Assembly (NCBI RefSeq): GCF_009834535.1
Contig: NC_045697.1
Location: 88,662,001 to 88,726,000 of the forward strand
DNA from: Camelus ferus
Lineage: Eukaryota
Length of the DNA stretch: 64,000 nt
Direction of reading: 5' to 3'
The position numbers and the translations under genes were made by a program. A model generated the notes under the pieces. It was given only the letters and a program-made list of their open reading frames with translations, did no database searches and was not told the origin of the DNA. Positions 54,087-64,000 of this stretch are shown in pieces (position 1 is the stretch's first letter; each line of letters starts with the position of its first letter).

Positions 54087-55704
54087 AGGGGGTATTTTCA
54101 GGATGATTGGATAAATATAAAACCCTTAGAAACATATTTGAGGGCACCAGTCATGACTTTTGTTTATGCACGCTGTAGTTTTACAAAAGAACTATTTCTT
54201 CTCTGGTAACTCTGGGGCAAGTTCTGAAAATATAGGTACTTGATTTCTATATCTGTGACTTATAACGAAGAAACAGCTTTCTAAATGTTTATAGAGTTTG
54301 CTTAGCTAAGCAGAAACACAAGTTCACAGTACAGGGATTCACAACTAGAGCTCTTTTTTGTTTTTTTGTTATGGTTACTTGTTGGCTGTTTGGTTTGTGG
54401 GTTGTTTTACAAGCAACAGAGTTTTAAAGGTAGTTAGTCCAGAGCATTAGCTGTAACAATAAAGCACTGTTTTCTTCAAAACCAATCTTGTTCTGAAGTT
54501 AATTCCAAACATTATCTACAAAAAATTTTTTGTTTGTCTTTGCAGGAGTGCTATTTTGTGAATATATTAAGGTTAAAGATTCTGAACATATCTTTAAAAA
54601 TAAATTTTGAAACATTCACTTCTGAGAAAAAATAATTTTATATTCCCATCATCTGCTCGTGTTAGAAGCAGAAAGCAGAGTAAAAGAGACAACAGTTGGA
54701 AATCAACAAATTACATTTGATTCAGAATCACAATTTTCTCGATCCATCAGTCAAAATTCTAAGAAAACAGTTGTCACATACTGAAATACTCATTGGAATT
54801 TGGAATATGTCTTCAATTTTAAGCCAACCCATCACTTTCAATATTAATATGCCAAAGGCTGCTATAAACCTAACAATATAGACATTGAGAGATTTTGAAA
54901 TAATTTTAATAGAGTTAAATAATATTAATAACATAGAAATTTCATGTCTTTGGAACACAAATAGGTTTAAGTATAAAATAGATTAGCTTTCTTTAAAATG
55001 TTTTTAAAATTGAATTTAATAAAATTTCTTTGAAAAGTTATTCCATCACACAGGCTTAATTTTTTATTTAAACTGAAATCTTCAAGCAGATTCATCAGGA
55101 GAAATGTAAAATTGTATTTTGAGCTTTGAATTCCCTCCTATCACTTGTTATTTTGTATAATAAAATTTCTCCTGAACAGAAGAGAATGTTTTTAAGACTG
55201 TATGTTCAATGCCTTCCAAGAGGAATGTGCAATCTACTATTCTGCTGCCAAAGTTACCTGAGGTCTTAGAAACAGTGAACGCTAAAGGGCATATGCTCAT
55301 TCTTGATACTCACAATCATTTATTTAAGCATATCTCTCAGCTGGAAATCAAATAACTTCTCAGAAACTTTTAAACAGAAAAAGGAAAGCATGAGAAAATG
55401 TTTCTTTCTCTGACAGCCTCTCAGAGGGAAAAATTCAATAGCTTTTCTTTTATAACTTCTGAATCTTAGTATTTTTGTTGACTTTTCCTTGAATTATTAA
55501 TGAAATAACATTTAATTTTATGTCTTTGTTCCTCCCCAGACTAGGTGTGTTTATTCCATCTGTACTTCACTACCAAGAAACCTAAGATGTGTGTAATTTT
55601 AGAGATAGGATGATATATATTTCCAATCACTATTTGTATACTTATGTCTATTTGCAACAACTGGTTTCTAAAAAGCGATTATAACCTTCACATTTGGTAT
55701 CAAG

Positions 55705-57605
55705 TTGTTTCAGTTATCTATTTTTGTATAATATGCCATCTCAAACATAGATGCTTACACAACAAAGTATTATTATCTTTCACAGTTTGGAGGGTTGACA
55801 GGGCTCAACTGGATGGTTCTCACTAGAAGTCTCTCATGGAGTTTACATGCAGGTGGATGGTGGGACTGGCACCATTTGAAGGTTGCACTGCATTAAAGAT
55901 CCAAGTTGTCTTTCTCACTCAACTTGTTACTGAATTGGTCCCTAGACCAACACCTGGGTCCTAGACCAGGCCAAGACCCCTGAGACCCCTGGTCTTTTCC
56001 CTTCCAGATTCCCATAGCCAAGAACAAAACCAATGCTGAGACTGAAACAGCACAAGCTCTATTCAAAGGCCAAAGAATGGAGAAGCAGGACCGTGGTTCA
56101 AAAATCAACTTCTCAACCTGATTTGGGCTGAGACACCACACATATAAGAGAGTCCAGGTAAAAGGGAGGGAATTGTCGTATGAGCTGCTTATATATTCTG
56201 GAGATCAAGCCTTTGTCGGTTTCACTTGCAAATAGACTTACCATATGACCCAGGAATCCCACTCCTGGGCTTGTATCCAGAAGGAAATCTACTTCAGGAT
56301 GACACCTGCACCCCAATGTTCACAGCAGCACTATTTACAATAGCCAAAACATGGAAACAGCCTAAATGTCCATCAACAGGTGACTGGATAAAGAAGAGGT
56401 GGTATATTTATACAATGGAATACTACTCAGCCATAAAAACCGACAACATAATGCCATTTGCAGCAACATGGATGCTCCTGGAGAATGTCATTCTAAGTGA
56501 AGTAAGCCAGAAAGAGAAAGAAAAATACCATATGAGATCGCTCATATGTGGAATCTAAAAAACAAAAACAAACAAACAAACAAAAACAAAGCGTAAATGA
56601 AGGATAGAAATAGACTCACAGACAGAGAATACAGACTTGTGGTTACCAGGGAGGTGGAGGGTGGGAAGGGATAGACTGGGATTTCAAAACTGTAGAATAG
56701 ACTACACTGTATAGCACAGGGAAATATACACAAAATGTTATGATAACTCACAGAGAAAAAAATGTGACAATGAGTGTGTATATGTCCATGAATAACTGAA
56801 AAATTGTGCTGAACACTGGAATTTGACACAACATTGGAAAATGATTATAAATCAATAAAAAATGTTAAAAAAAAAAAAAAAAAAAAAGGGAGGGAATTGG
56901 AAAGAGAGGGAGGAATGTTCATGACTTATCTGAGAGCCAGGCTGTGGTTTGGACCAGGAACTGATGCAACAGTCCTTTTCAGTCCTTGTATTGTCATGGC
57001 AATTGTGAACTTTCATGGAGCTGGTGGGTGTGTCATTTAGCATGATGATGTATTACAATGAAGGTATAATGAGGCTCAAGGTCTACTGGAAGTTAAATCT
57101 TCACCATATTGGGCCTATGTGGTTCTAACCAGTTCTTGTTTTTGTCTTTGCAGCTTCCTCCTGAAACTTAGATAAAGGCAATTGGATTCCATTTGAGGGA
57201 GGGGCAGAGGTATGATTCTGGGGCAACAGCCTTGGTAATAAAATGTCTGGATTAGAGCGTGGATGGCTGAAAGAGATGAGGGCAGGCTAGTCATATCTCT
57301 TTCTAAGTGGCCTTTCCAGATGGCTAGCTTGACCTTCCTCACAGCATGACAGTTTCAGGGTAGTAAAAATTATTACATGTAATCAGCTAAATTCTCCCAA
57401 AGCAAGTGTTCAAAGAGATTTCAGGTAGAAGATTCAAGCTTCTTTTATCCTGACCTTGGAAATCACACAGTATCATTTCCCTCATATTGTATTGGTTAAA
57501 AAAAAAAAAGTCACATAGTCAGCCCAGACTTGGGACAATAGAGGAGAGCACACAGAAGGAAAACCAGAATGTGCAGTCAGTCCGTGGAGATTAGCCACTA
57601 CACAG
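55705..57605 (-). mobile_element. MLT1 LTR interrupted by an ERV LTR (about 55925-57240), which is itself interrupted by an L1
   Basis: MLT1-like halves at about 55705-55924 and about 57241-57605. The intervening LTR-like sequence starts tgttactg and ends ggtaata. Confidence 0.65.
56176..56883 (+). mobile_element. Young 5'-truncated L1 with 5' inversion, ORF2 C-terminus, 3' UTR and poly(A)
   Basis: ORF 56226-56558 is the L1 ORF2 C-terminus (PYDPGIPLLG...WKQPKCPS..WIKK.WYIYTMEYYSA). 56176-56233 is ORF2 in antisense (FASETDKGLISRIYKQL). 16-bp TSD aaaagggagggaattg at 56160-56175 and 56884-56899. Confidence 0.95.
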
Positions 57606-57899
57606 AATATGAATAAAGTTAAAATTTGATCCTTAAAAACCATAAAAGCCATTAAGAAACTGAAAATTTTTAAGTAATTTCATAATATCCAAATTGGCTT
57701 ATTAAAATAACCACTACCTCTCTATTTTTATCAATGATAAATTGTAGCAAGGATGAAGTGATGTCACTGAAATCACGAAAGAACCCAGTTTCCAACTCTT
57801 ATATTAATAATTTATCTGAACTTCATTTAAAAAATGTCTGATGAACTTTTTAAAAAAAGTTTAAATTTTAAAAAGCGTTAAATAATATTTTGAATTTAA

Positions 57900-57993
57900 T
57901 TTATGTATTGATGTGGCTACATGCACACTTGTTTATTTTACAAGAATTCCTCAGGGTAACTGGTCAAGGGCTTTATCTTACAGTGAAAGTCTG

Positions 57994-58045
<52 letters not shown>

Positions 58046-58705
58046 ACAGCTGCTAGATTCAATTGGGTGCTACTTAGCGCAAGAAAAGATGGAAATGTTA
58101 ACAAAGATTCTCTCTCCCTGTGCTTTTGCACTAACCACTACCACTGTGTGCTCAGAATACACTTAACTCACTTCAGGTTAAATTCTTATGTTCTGGTCAT
58201 CAGATGAAAATGGAAAATGCCAGACTGCCAAACAATGAAACTAAACCCTCTAAGTTGGCCATGCCATTTTCAAGGTGAGAAAATAATGTTTTTACGTAAC
58301 AGAAATGTGTTAAATAACAAATGTTGAACAGCTCACTAGACACATTAATCATTGTGAAGTAAGAATGTTAATTTAAGCTTTTAATAACCAGAGTAAGTGG
58401 TAGAATTAGTACTTTAAAAAAAACTTTTTCCCCTCCAGGAAATCAGAGGTAATTTAAAGAGACTTAAGTGATAAGCAAGTGAACCTCAACTTATGTATAT
58501 GTTATGAAGGATGGAAAATTTTGCAAACTGGAGACCTTTTCTATATCTTCTTGATTCTTGGATATAGATTCTTATGGGAGGGAGTGACAAACTCTACAGT
58601 TGAAAACCATGGGAGTTCACCAAGAAAAATGAAAAACTTCAGTCACCATAATCCCACGATAATTGCTTGGCTAGTGGTTTGCCTCAGAGGTGAGAAGGGT
58701 GAATA
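57900..58705 (-). pseudogene. Fossil exons (about 58491-58705 and about 57900-57990): post-EC cysteine-rich/EGF region
   Basis: cacag| acceptor, then YSP...FSTVEFVTPSH (FVTPSH at 58574-58591; FAT1 has SFVTPRH, recalled). The second segment reads FHCKIKPLTS..NSC..KQVCM, which is EGF-like. Confidence 0.55.
57990..58045. repeat. (TCTA)n microsatellite
   Basis: Direct reading; about 13 units. Confidence 0.95.
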
Positions 58706-59034
58706 CTGTGAAACTTTATGACATTACAAAACTCTGCTTTCCTGATTCAATTCAAGAAGGCTATAAACTTAACCTCTCCAATCTTTGATTTATTTTTTAA
58801 TTACATGGAGTTAGAAATAACACTGCAGTTAATGACCTAGAGCATGTAAAAGAGTTTCATACAACGGCTAAAAGAGTTTACACTAAATAAATGGTTCTGG
58901 TAGTTAAGGATTAATTAATCAGCCCTTAAAAAATAAAAGACTGTGCTCTTAAAGAAATATCTATTGTCAAAAACTTGTGTTGAAGACCCATGAAATACCC
59001 ACACTGGTGGGTATTTTAAAAAGATATTTTAAAA

Positions 59035-60320
59035 AGATATTCATTTATCTAATATTTACTGAATGACTTCTTTGTGCCAAGCAGGGTACTAGATAAGTAA
59101 AACAAATTCCCTTCCTGTTTGGAGCTAAAGAAGACAATGAGTAACCAATAACTCACCTGTAAATGCTCAAATGTTATGAGGGACACAGATTGTCCTGACA
59201 GAGTAATAGAAGGAGGTTCTTTTTACTAACAGCGATCAAGGAAGTTTCCTTAGAAAGTGATATTTCACCTGTATTCAGTAATTTGACAGTCACTGAACGA
59301 TAGTTAATTGAAATGAAAGCTTTTATGAGAGCAAAAACTGTATTTTCAAAGGCTCTCACAAGAGAAATAGCTAGCCCATTTTAAGAAGCAAACAATGTTT
59401 ATGTAGATGGAATGTGGAAAGAGGAAAGATGATATGAGATTAGACAACTTAAGCTGAGCCAGATCACTCAGGGTCCTTTATGCTAATATTAGAAATTCAG
59501 ATTTTCTATGGAAAAAAAAAAAAGCCATTGACAAATTTTACTAAGATATCATATGGTCCAATTTGTGGGGTTTTTTTTTTTTCACTATTATTCCACAATT
59601 GTTTGGAGAATGAGGTGAATAAAAGTAACAGAGGAAGAGTATAGAGACATGAAGAGGTGACCAGGGTCATGCTGGGAGAGATGGACAGAGCTGTGCAGAT
59701 GCGAATGATAGTTTAGAGGAGAGATTGTCAGGACTTGATGGATTGGATGTGGGGAGCAAAGTGAAAAGAAGAAAGAAGAACTGTCAGGAATATAGATTTT
59801 GGAACTGGATGGGTGATAATGCTACTTGCTAAAATACAGTATATGAGACTTTAAGAGTAAGAGCAGAAATCCCCTATTCCGACATCCAAGGAAATTTTCC
59901 AGTATCTAATTACCTGAGTCTGGACCACAGGTATAAGTTTGGGAATCATCAAAGGACAGGTGGACTCTACAACCACAAGATGAGGAGAGCTCAGCACAGC
60001 AGAGGACGTACAGAGGAGAAGAGACCTTGTACTGAATCCTGAGGGACTGCGTGCTACATTGGGGAGAGGGAAAAAGCTCAAAGGTGAAGAATAACCAGAC
60101 AGCTGGAAGAAAAACTAGGAAAAAAATGGCATTATAGGATCTGAAAGAAGACAGTGTTCCAGAAGGTAGGAGTGGTGAAAGCTGCCAAATTCTGCCAGGA
60201 GATCAAGAAACATGAGGACAGAAAGAGACACATACCCACTGAATCTGACGACAGTCAAAGCAGTGATGATACATTCAAGTCAGAGGCCTCCAGATGGACG
60301 CCCACGTGGCTGGGGCTCAT
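59035..60320 (-). mobile_element. L2 LINE fragment
   Basis: attcatttatctaatatttactgaatgacttctttgtgccaagc and a purine-rich L2 body (gtcaggacttgatggattggatgtgggg). Confidence 0.75.
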
Positions 60321-60641
60321 TGTAATGACCCAATTACAGACACAATCAAGTTATCAGTGGCAACTAATTACAAATCTTGAAGGACATTTTTATAAGAATA
60401 TTAAAAGATACCCAATTTACGCGTAATTTTCTCTCCATTTCCACTCACACACCTGAGCTTTCTCACATATTCCAGATCCTCCCACTGGCTGCTCACTTGC
60501 TCGTACTCTCTGTCTCAGTTCTTTTTTTTAACTTCAACAGAGGAAGTTAAGAATCTAAATTTTTGCTGATTTGTGTGTGTGTGTGGTTTTGTGTTTGTTT
60601 GGTTCACTTTCTCTATTTATTTCAAAAGAACAAAAGCTTAC

Positions 60642-61071
60642 TTTCTCTGGTTCCTTGTTTTCTATTCCCATTTTCTGCAATAAAGGCAGCTCTGGGAAAT
60701 AACCCACCAAATACTACTGCTCTAGTCTTTCCAGCTCTTTCTTTGAGCTTATCTTACCCTGCTTACGGTTTCTACTCTCTGTCACCAAAAGCTTGGGACT
60801 CAGGCTGGCAAGAACAGACCCTCCCTTAGAGGACAACAGGAGGGTAACAGAATAAAGAACCAAAGGCACAAAGATAAAATTCGCACCATTATATAGGAAG
60901 AGAAGCTGAAAATGTGTATAAGTTAATAAATATTACCTTTGTCACATGGCAATCATGAAGATCTACTACTCTCAGGTGCCCCAGCCAGCAAAAAAGCATC
61001 AGTGTTAAACTTTCTTCAAAGAGCCAGTTTGTTGCCAAATTCAAGAGGAGAGGAGAGATATATGATATTTC
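60642..61071 (-). pseudogene. Two fossil exons (60937-61071 and 60642-60824): membrane-proximal cadherin repeats
   Basis: Both have AG acceptors and GT donors (aag|GTAATA; aaa|GTAAGC). The second reads GSVLASLSPKLLVT...AVVFGGLFPRAAFIA, similar to the V..YxGxFPGGxIG start of the last atypical EC in Fat/type III cadherins (recalled). Confidence 0.6.
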
Positions 61072-61390
61072 CTTGTAAGTCATTTTAATGGAGTGCAAAT
61101 GATAGCTTATTATGAGAACACTTGTACAGTTAGTTAACGTTCTTAAGGCTGAGTGATGGCATCAGTGATTTAAGAAGAAACAAAACATCAGTGTGGCAAG
61201 CAATTCAAGACAGAAAAGTGTAGCCTAAAAGTAAGAGAAGCATATCTAGTGGGTGTTGCATCAGCTCAAAAGTTAGAAATACCTCATTCGAAATATACTC
61301 AAAGACTAAAAGCATCCTGGCATTCAGTTCTTGGCTTCAGGTGTTTATTCAAGAATATTGAAATTCTCAGAGCAATGAAAAGCCACTTAC

Positions 61391-61585
61391 TCAGAATATG
61401 ATCCACTACCATAAAAACAAGCTTTAACTGTAGAACTCTAGACCATGCACTTCTGGACACCAACTAATTATCAAAGATGGTATCATATTGAACATTGTCA
61501 ACTGCAGTAAGCCGTATGTGATTTTAGTTATAAACCTGAGTTGTATCAAATATCCATTTTGATCCATCATTAGAAATGGTATATT
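61391..61585 (-). pseudogene. Fossil exon: C-terminal half of a cadherin repeat
   Basis: ggag| acceptor and |GTAAGT donor. Reads NIPFLMMDQNGYLI..(frameshift)HIRLTAVDN..(frameshift)PSL....VH.LE, matching F.I...G.I / LTAxDxGxPxL / VxVxD. Confidence 0.65.
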
Positions 61586-61782
61586 CTCCAAACCAAAGAA
61601 TTAAAACTTTTAGAGCTTCATTTCTTTCATTTTACAGATGAGAAAACTAAGGCCTATCAAAGATCAGTGACTTGACTAAGAGAACAAGTTTACAAAACAA
61701 GAAGAGTGTTAAAAACATTCAAGTATTCCTTAACTAAAAAAACATGATTAATGAAAAAGAAAAACGCAAACAGAAATCTTAC

Positions 61783-62169
61783 ATGACTATTGCATCCCTC
61801 CAGCCTATATGAATGGGAGATAGGAGAACCATGGGAACCAGGAGGTTGGGATCCATGATTCTTCTACACAAATGTTAACTACATTCTTGCGGTTAACTGA
61901 GGTAACTCATGAATGATGTTCCCAGATGTGTAATGGCTCTTATCATAAGTTCCTTCCTAGGTGTCTATTGTGTAATTACACTAAGTATCTCAACTTTATT
62001 CCTATCCTCGTTGATCAGAGTTTTGAAATTCTTTGGCTCTGATTTTCTCCAGGAGTTTTTAAATAGCGCTATGACTCTAATATTGACAGAGATATGGGTT
62101 TTATACCTTGTAATTGTGGGTTTATTCATTTAACTCAGTGAACATTGTATCATCTGTACCATCATTTCC
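61783..62169 (-). pseudogene. Fossil exon: one cadherin (EC) repeat
   Basis: Pyrimidine tract with the AG apparently mutated (ttcctatacat|gg) and a GTAAGA donor. Composite reading ELNE-KP..T..ISV...PGEN...LINEDRNKVEI-LSVIT..LGR...ELMIRA....G...MS....VVNICVEE follows the EC consensus (ENxPxGT / GxN / LDRE / LxVxAxDxGxPxLS / VxIxV). Confidence 0.7.
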
Positions 62170-62279
62170 ATGTATAGGAAAAAGAGAGAAAGAGAGTGTG
62201 ATGGCCCCAAAAAATCTCTTCTAGGAAGTAAACTACAGGTTTTCTGAAGCTCTATTGTTCCTGTATTTTAAACAAAAAA

Positions 62280-64000
62280 TCGTGGAAAGTGGAAGAGCCC
62301 AGAAAATGTGATGGTTAATTAAGAGAAAAATAGAAAATAGAAGCAGCTCCAAGGATAATCCAGAAAATGGATTCAACAATCAAATGCTTTAAAATAATTA
62401 TAGCTAACATTTTAAAAGTAGAAAAAAAAAGATATACAAAATAGATGAAAATAGAATCTCAACAAAGAATAGAAATGTGCATTAAAACAAAAACAAATGG
62501 ACGTCCTAGAACTGAAAAATCCAGAACCTAAAATTAAGAACTCAGTGTAGAGGTTTTAAAGGAGACTAAATTAAACAGAAGATAGAATTAGTCAACATAT
62601 GACAGGTTATAAGAATATATTTCAACTGAGACACAGAGAAAAAGCTAGAAAGAACCAAGCCTAAGAGATATGATGTCAAATGGTCTGGTGTGCCTTTAAT
62701 TGGAGTTTCAGAAGAAGAGAAGAATGAAAATGGGACAGAAACAGTATTTGTAAAAACTTATGCATAGGATTTTTCAGAATTGTTGGAAGGCATTTTGTTA
62801 ATTCATGAATCCAGAAGTTCTGCAAATCTCAAACAGAATAATTTCAAAGAAAGCAAACCCTAGGTATGCTATAGGCCAACTGTGAAAGCCAAGTGAAAAC
62901 AAACCAAAAAAAGCAGCTAGAGAAAAAAGAAACATTAACCTCAAAGAATCAATAATGAATGATAGTTGATTTTCAATGAACAGCATGAAAGCTTAAAAAA
63001 GTGGAATATTAGCATTAAAATGCTAAAAGAAAGATAAATAATAACTAGCCTCAAATTCTGTAGCCAGCAAAATTATCCCTCAAAAATTAAACAACTATGT
63101 TTGTATGCAAACAAAAGTTCAGGCCGTTCATCACCAAGATCTGCAGCAGAAGAAATATTAAGGGAAGTTATTCAGACTGAAGGTAAATGAACCCAGATAG
63201 AAACACCAAATTTCAAGATGGCTCTGGTGAGCAGGTGAGCAAGAGAGATGACTGTAGAAGACTGGGTGGAGTTGCAAAGTTGCTCGCTTTGAAGAGGAAG
63301 GGAGGGACCATGAATCAGGAATCTGCGCAGCCTCTAGAATTCAGATAAGGCAAAAAAAAAAAAAAAGAAAAAAGAAAGAAACAGATTTTCCCCTGGATAT
63401 TCATGAAAGGAACATAGCTGACACCCTGATTTAAGCCCCGTGAGACTGTGTCAGACAAAACCACAAAACTGTATAATAATAAGTTGGCATGTTTTTAAAA
63501 ACTATTTATTGTGTAGTAACCTGCTAGAGCAACAGTAGAAACCAATACAGAAAGGCAAATCGAACAAGCAATAAAATACTACTACACACCCACTAGAGCT
63601 GCTAAAACCAGGTTTGGGCAAGAATGTGCTGAAACTGTCACACTGCTAGTGCGAGTATAGAAATGGTATATGTACTATTGAACAGTCTGGCATTTTTCTC
63701 CTAAAGCTAAAGCACACCCAAGTTATGACCTAGTCATTTCACTTTTGAGCATACACCAATGAAAAATGAGTAATTATGTTTACAAAAGACATGCATATGA
63801 ATGTTTTTATCAGTTGTTTATCAAAAGCAAAGCCTGAAAACTCATCAACAGAAGAATGGACAAAAATTGAGACATACCCATACAATGGACCACTACGTAG
63901 CACTTACAAAGAATGCCCTACTGATGTACACAATAGAATCTCTCTCTATATATACATATATATGTATAAATATATGTGTGTGTATAAAATCAAGGTGAAA
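62280..64000 (+). mobile_element. Old L1 (ORF1 region and ORF2 3' region) interrupted by an MLT1 LTR at about 63215-63549
   Basis: ORF1-like aattggagtttcagaagaagagaagaatgaaaatgggacagaa and tgtagccagcaaaattatcc; MLT1 end gcaacagtagaaaccaataca; ORF2-like tatgacctagtcatttcactt. Confidence 0.8.

Larger units (their letters stand above)
47379..54869 (-). pseudogene. LamG domain 1, spread over fossil exons at 54715-54869, about 54485-54652, about 48600-48765 and about 47379-47420
   Basis: Observed pieces in order: GW....VCDN-VFLEF-T; LQRQTKN..VDNVW; ISHRVDMCKDSYI (VDMCKDSYI at 48717-48743); DG-I.NL-MVDG. The recalled DN-cadherin LamG1 has GW..MCDESHLSLEFIT / LRVKTKKTLDDGEW / IRMVVDFCKSAEI / FDGCIRNL in the same order. 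Confidence 0.7.
21430..62169 (-). pseudogene. Multi-exon fossil (unitary) pseudogene of a giant classical cadherin: EC repeats - EGF - about 7x(LamG/EGF) - TM - catenin-binding cytoplasmic domain; 5' end probably outside the window
   Basis: About 30 minus-strand segments, many bounded by AG/GT splice signals. After manual frameshift repair their translations give cadherin, EGF, LamG, TM and cadherin-cytoplasmic motifs in the correct colinear order. Nearly every segment carries stops or frameshifts. Confidence 0.85.

Noticed and set aside
58479..58721. Plus-strand ORF with EGF-like words (NLCICYEGWK, CLRGEKGEYCE)
   Set aside because: It lacks full EGF cysteine spacing and splice context; the opposite strand carries the FVTPSH exon that fits the cadherin order.
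21430..62169. Assignment of the fossil to EYS, CRB1, FAT or CELSR
   Set aside because: EYS and CRB lack cadherin repeats; FAT and CELSR have only 1-2 LamG domains and different tails; recalled EYS LamG sequences do not match. No gene symbol assigned.

Overview
AT-rich mammalian genomic DNA, most likely from a camelid (camel, alpaca or llama), judged from four copies of a camelid-type tRNA-derived SINE and artiodactyl-type L1 3' ends. I can support no intact protein-coding gene; the ORF-track entries are chance ORFs, transposon remnants or pieces of decayed exons. A large share of the window is interspersed repeats (ERVL/MaLR/ERV1 LTR elements, L1, L2, MIR, CR1/L3, MER91). Main observation: the unique sequence from about 21.4 to 62.2 kb on the minus strand holds roughly 30 splice-site-bounded, frameshifted fossil exons. 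Read in genomic order they give cadherin (EC) repeats, then EGF, then about 7 laminin-G domains alternating with EGF modules, then a transmembrane helix, a possible p120-type juxtamembrane motif and a beta-catenin-binding tail. This looks like an ancient unitary pseudogene of a giant non-mammalian-type (type III/DN-cadherin-like) classical cadherin with an unusually expanded LamG/EGF array; its 5' part probably lies beyond the window end. Nested antisense in one of its introns (53.1-54.1 kb) is a second fossil gene, an apparently intronless LRR-transmembrane protein resembling BK-channel gamma subunits (LRRC52-like). All protein comparisons were made by hand, with manual frameshift repair, against family motifs and reference sequences recalled from memory, and need HMM/tblastn confirmation. 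TE boundaries and subfamily names are approximate.
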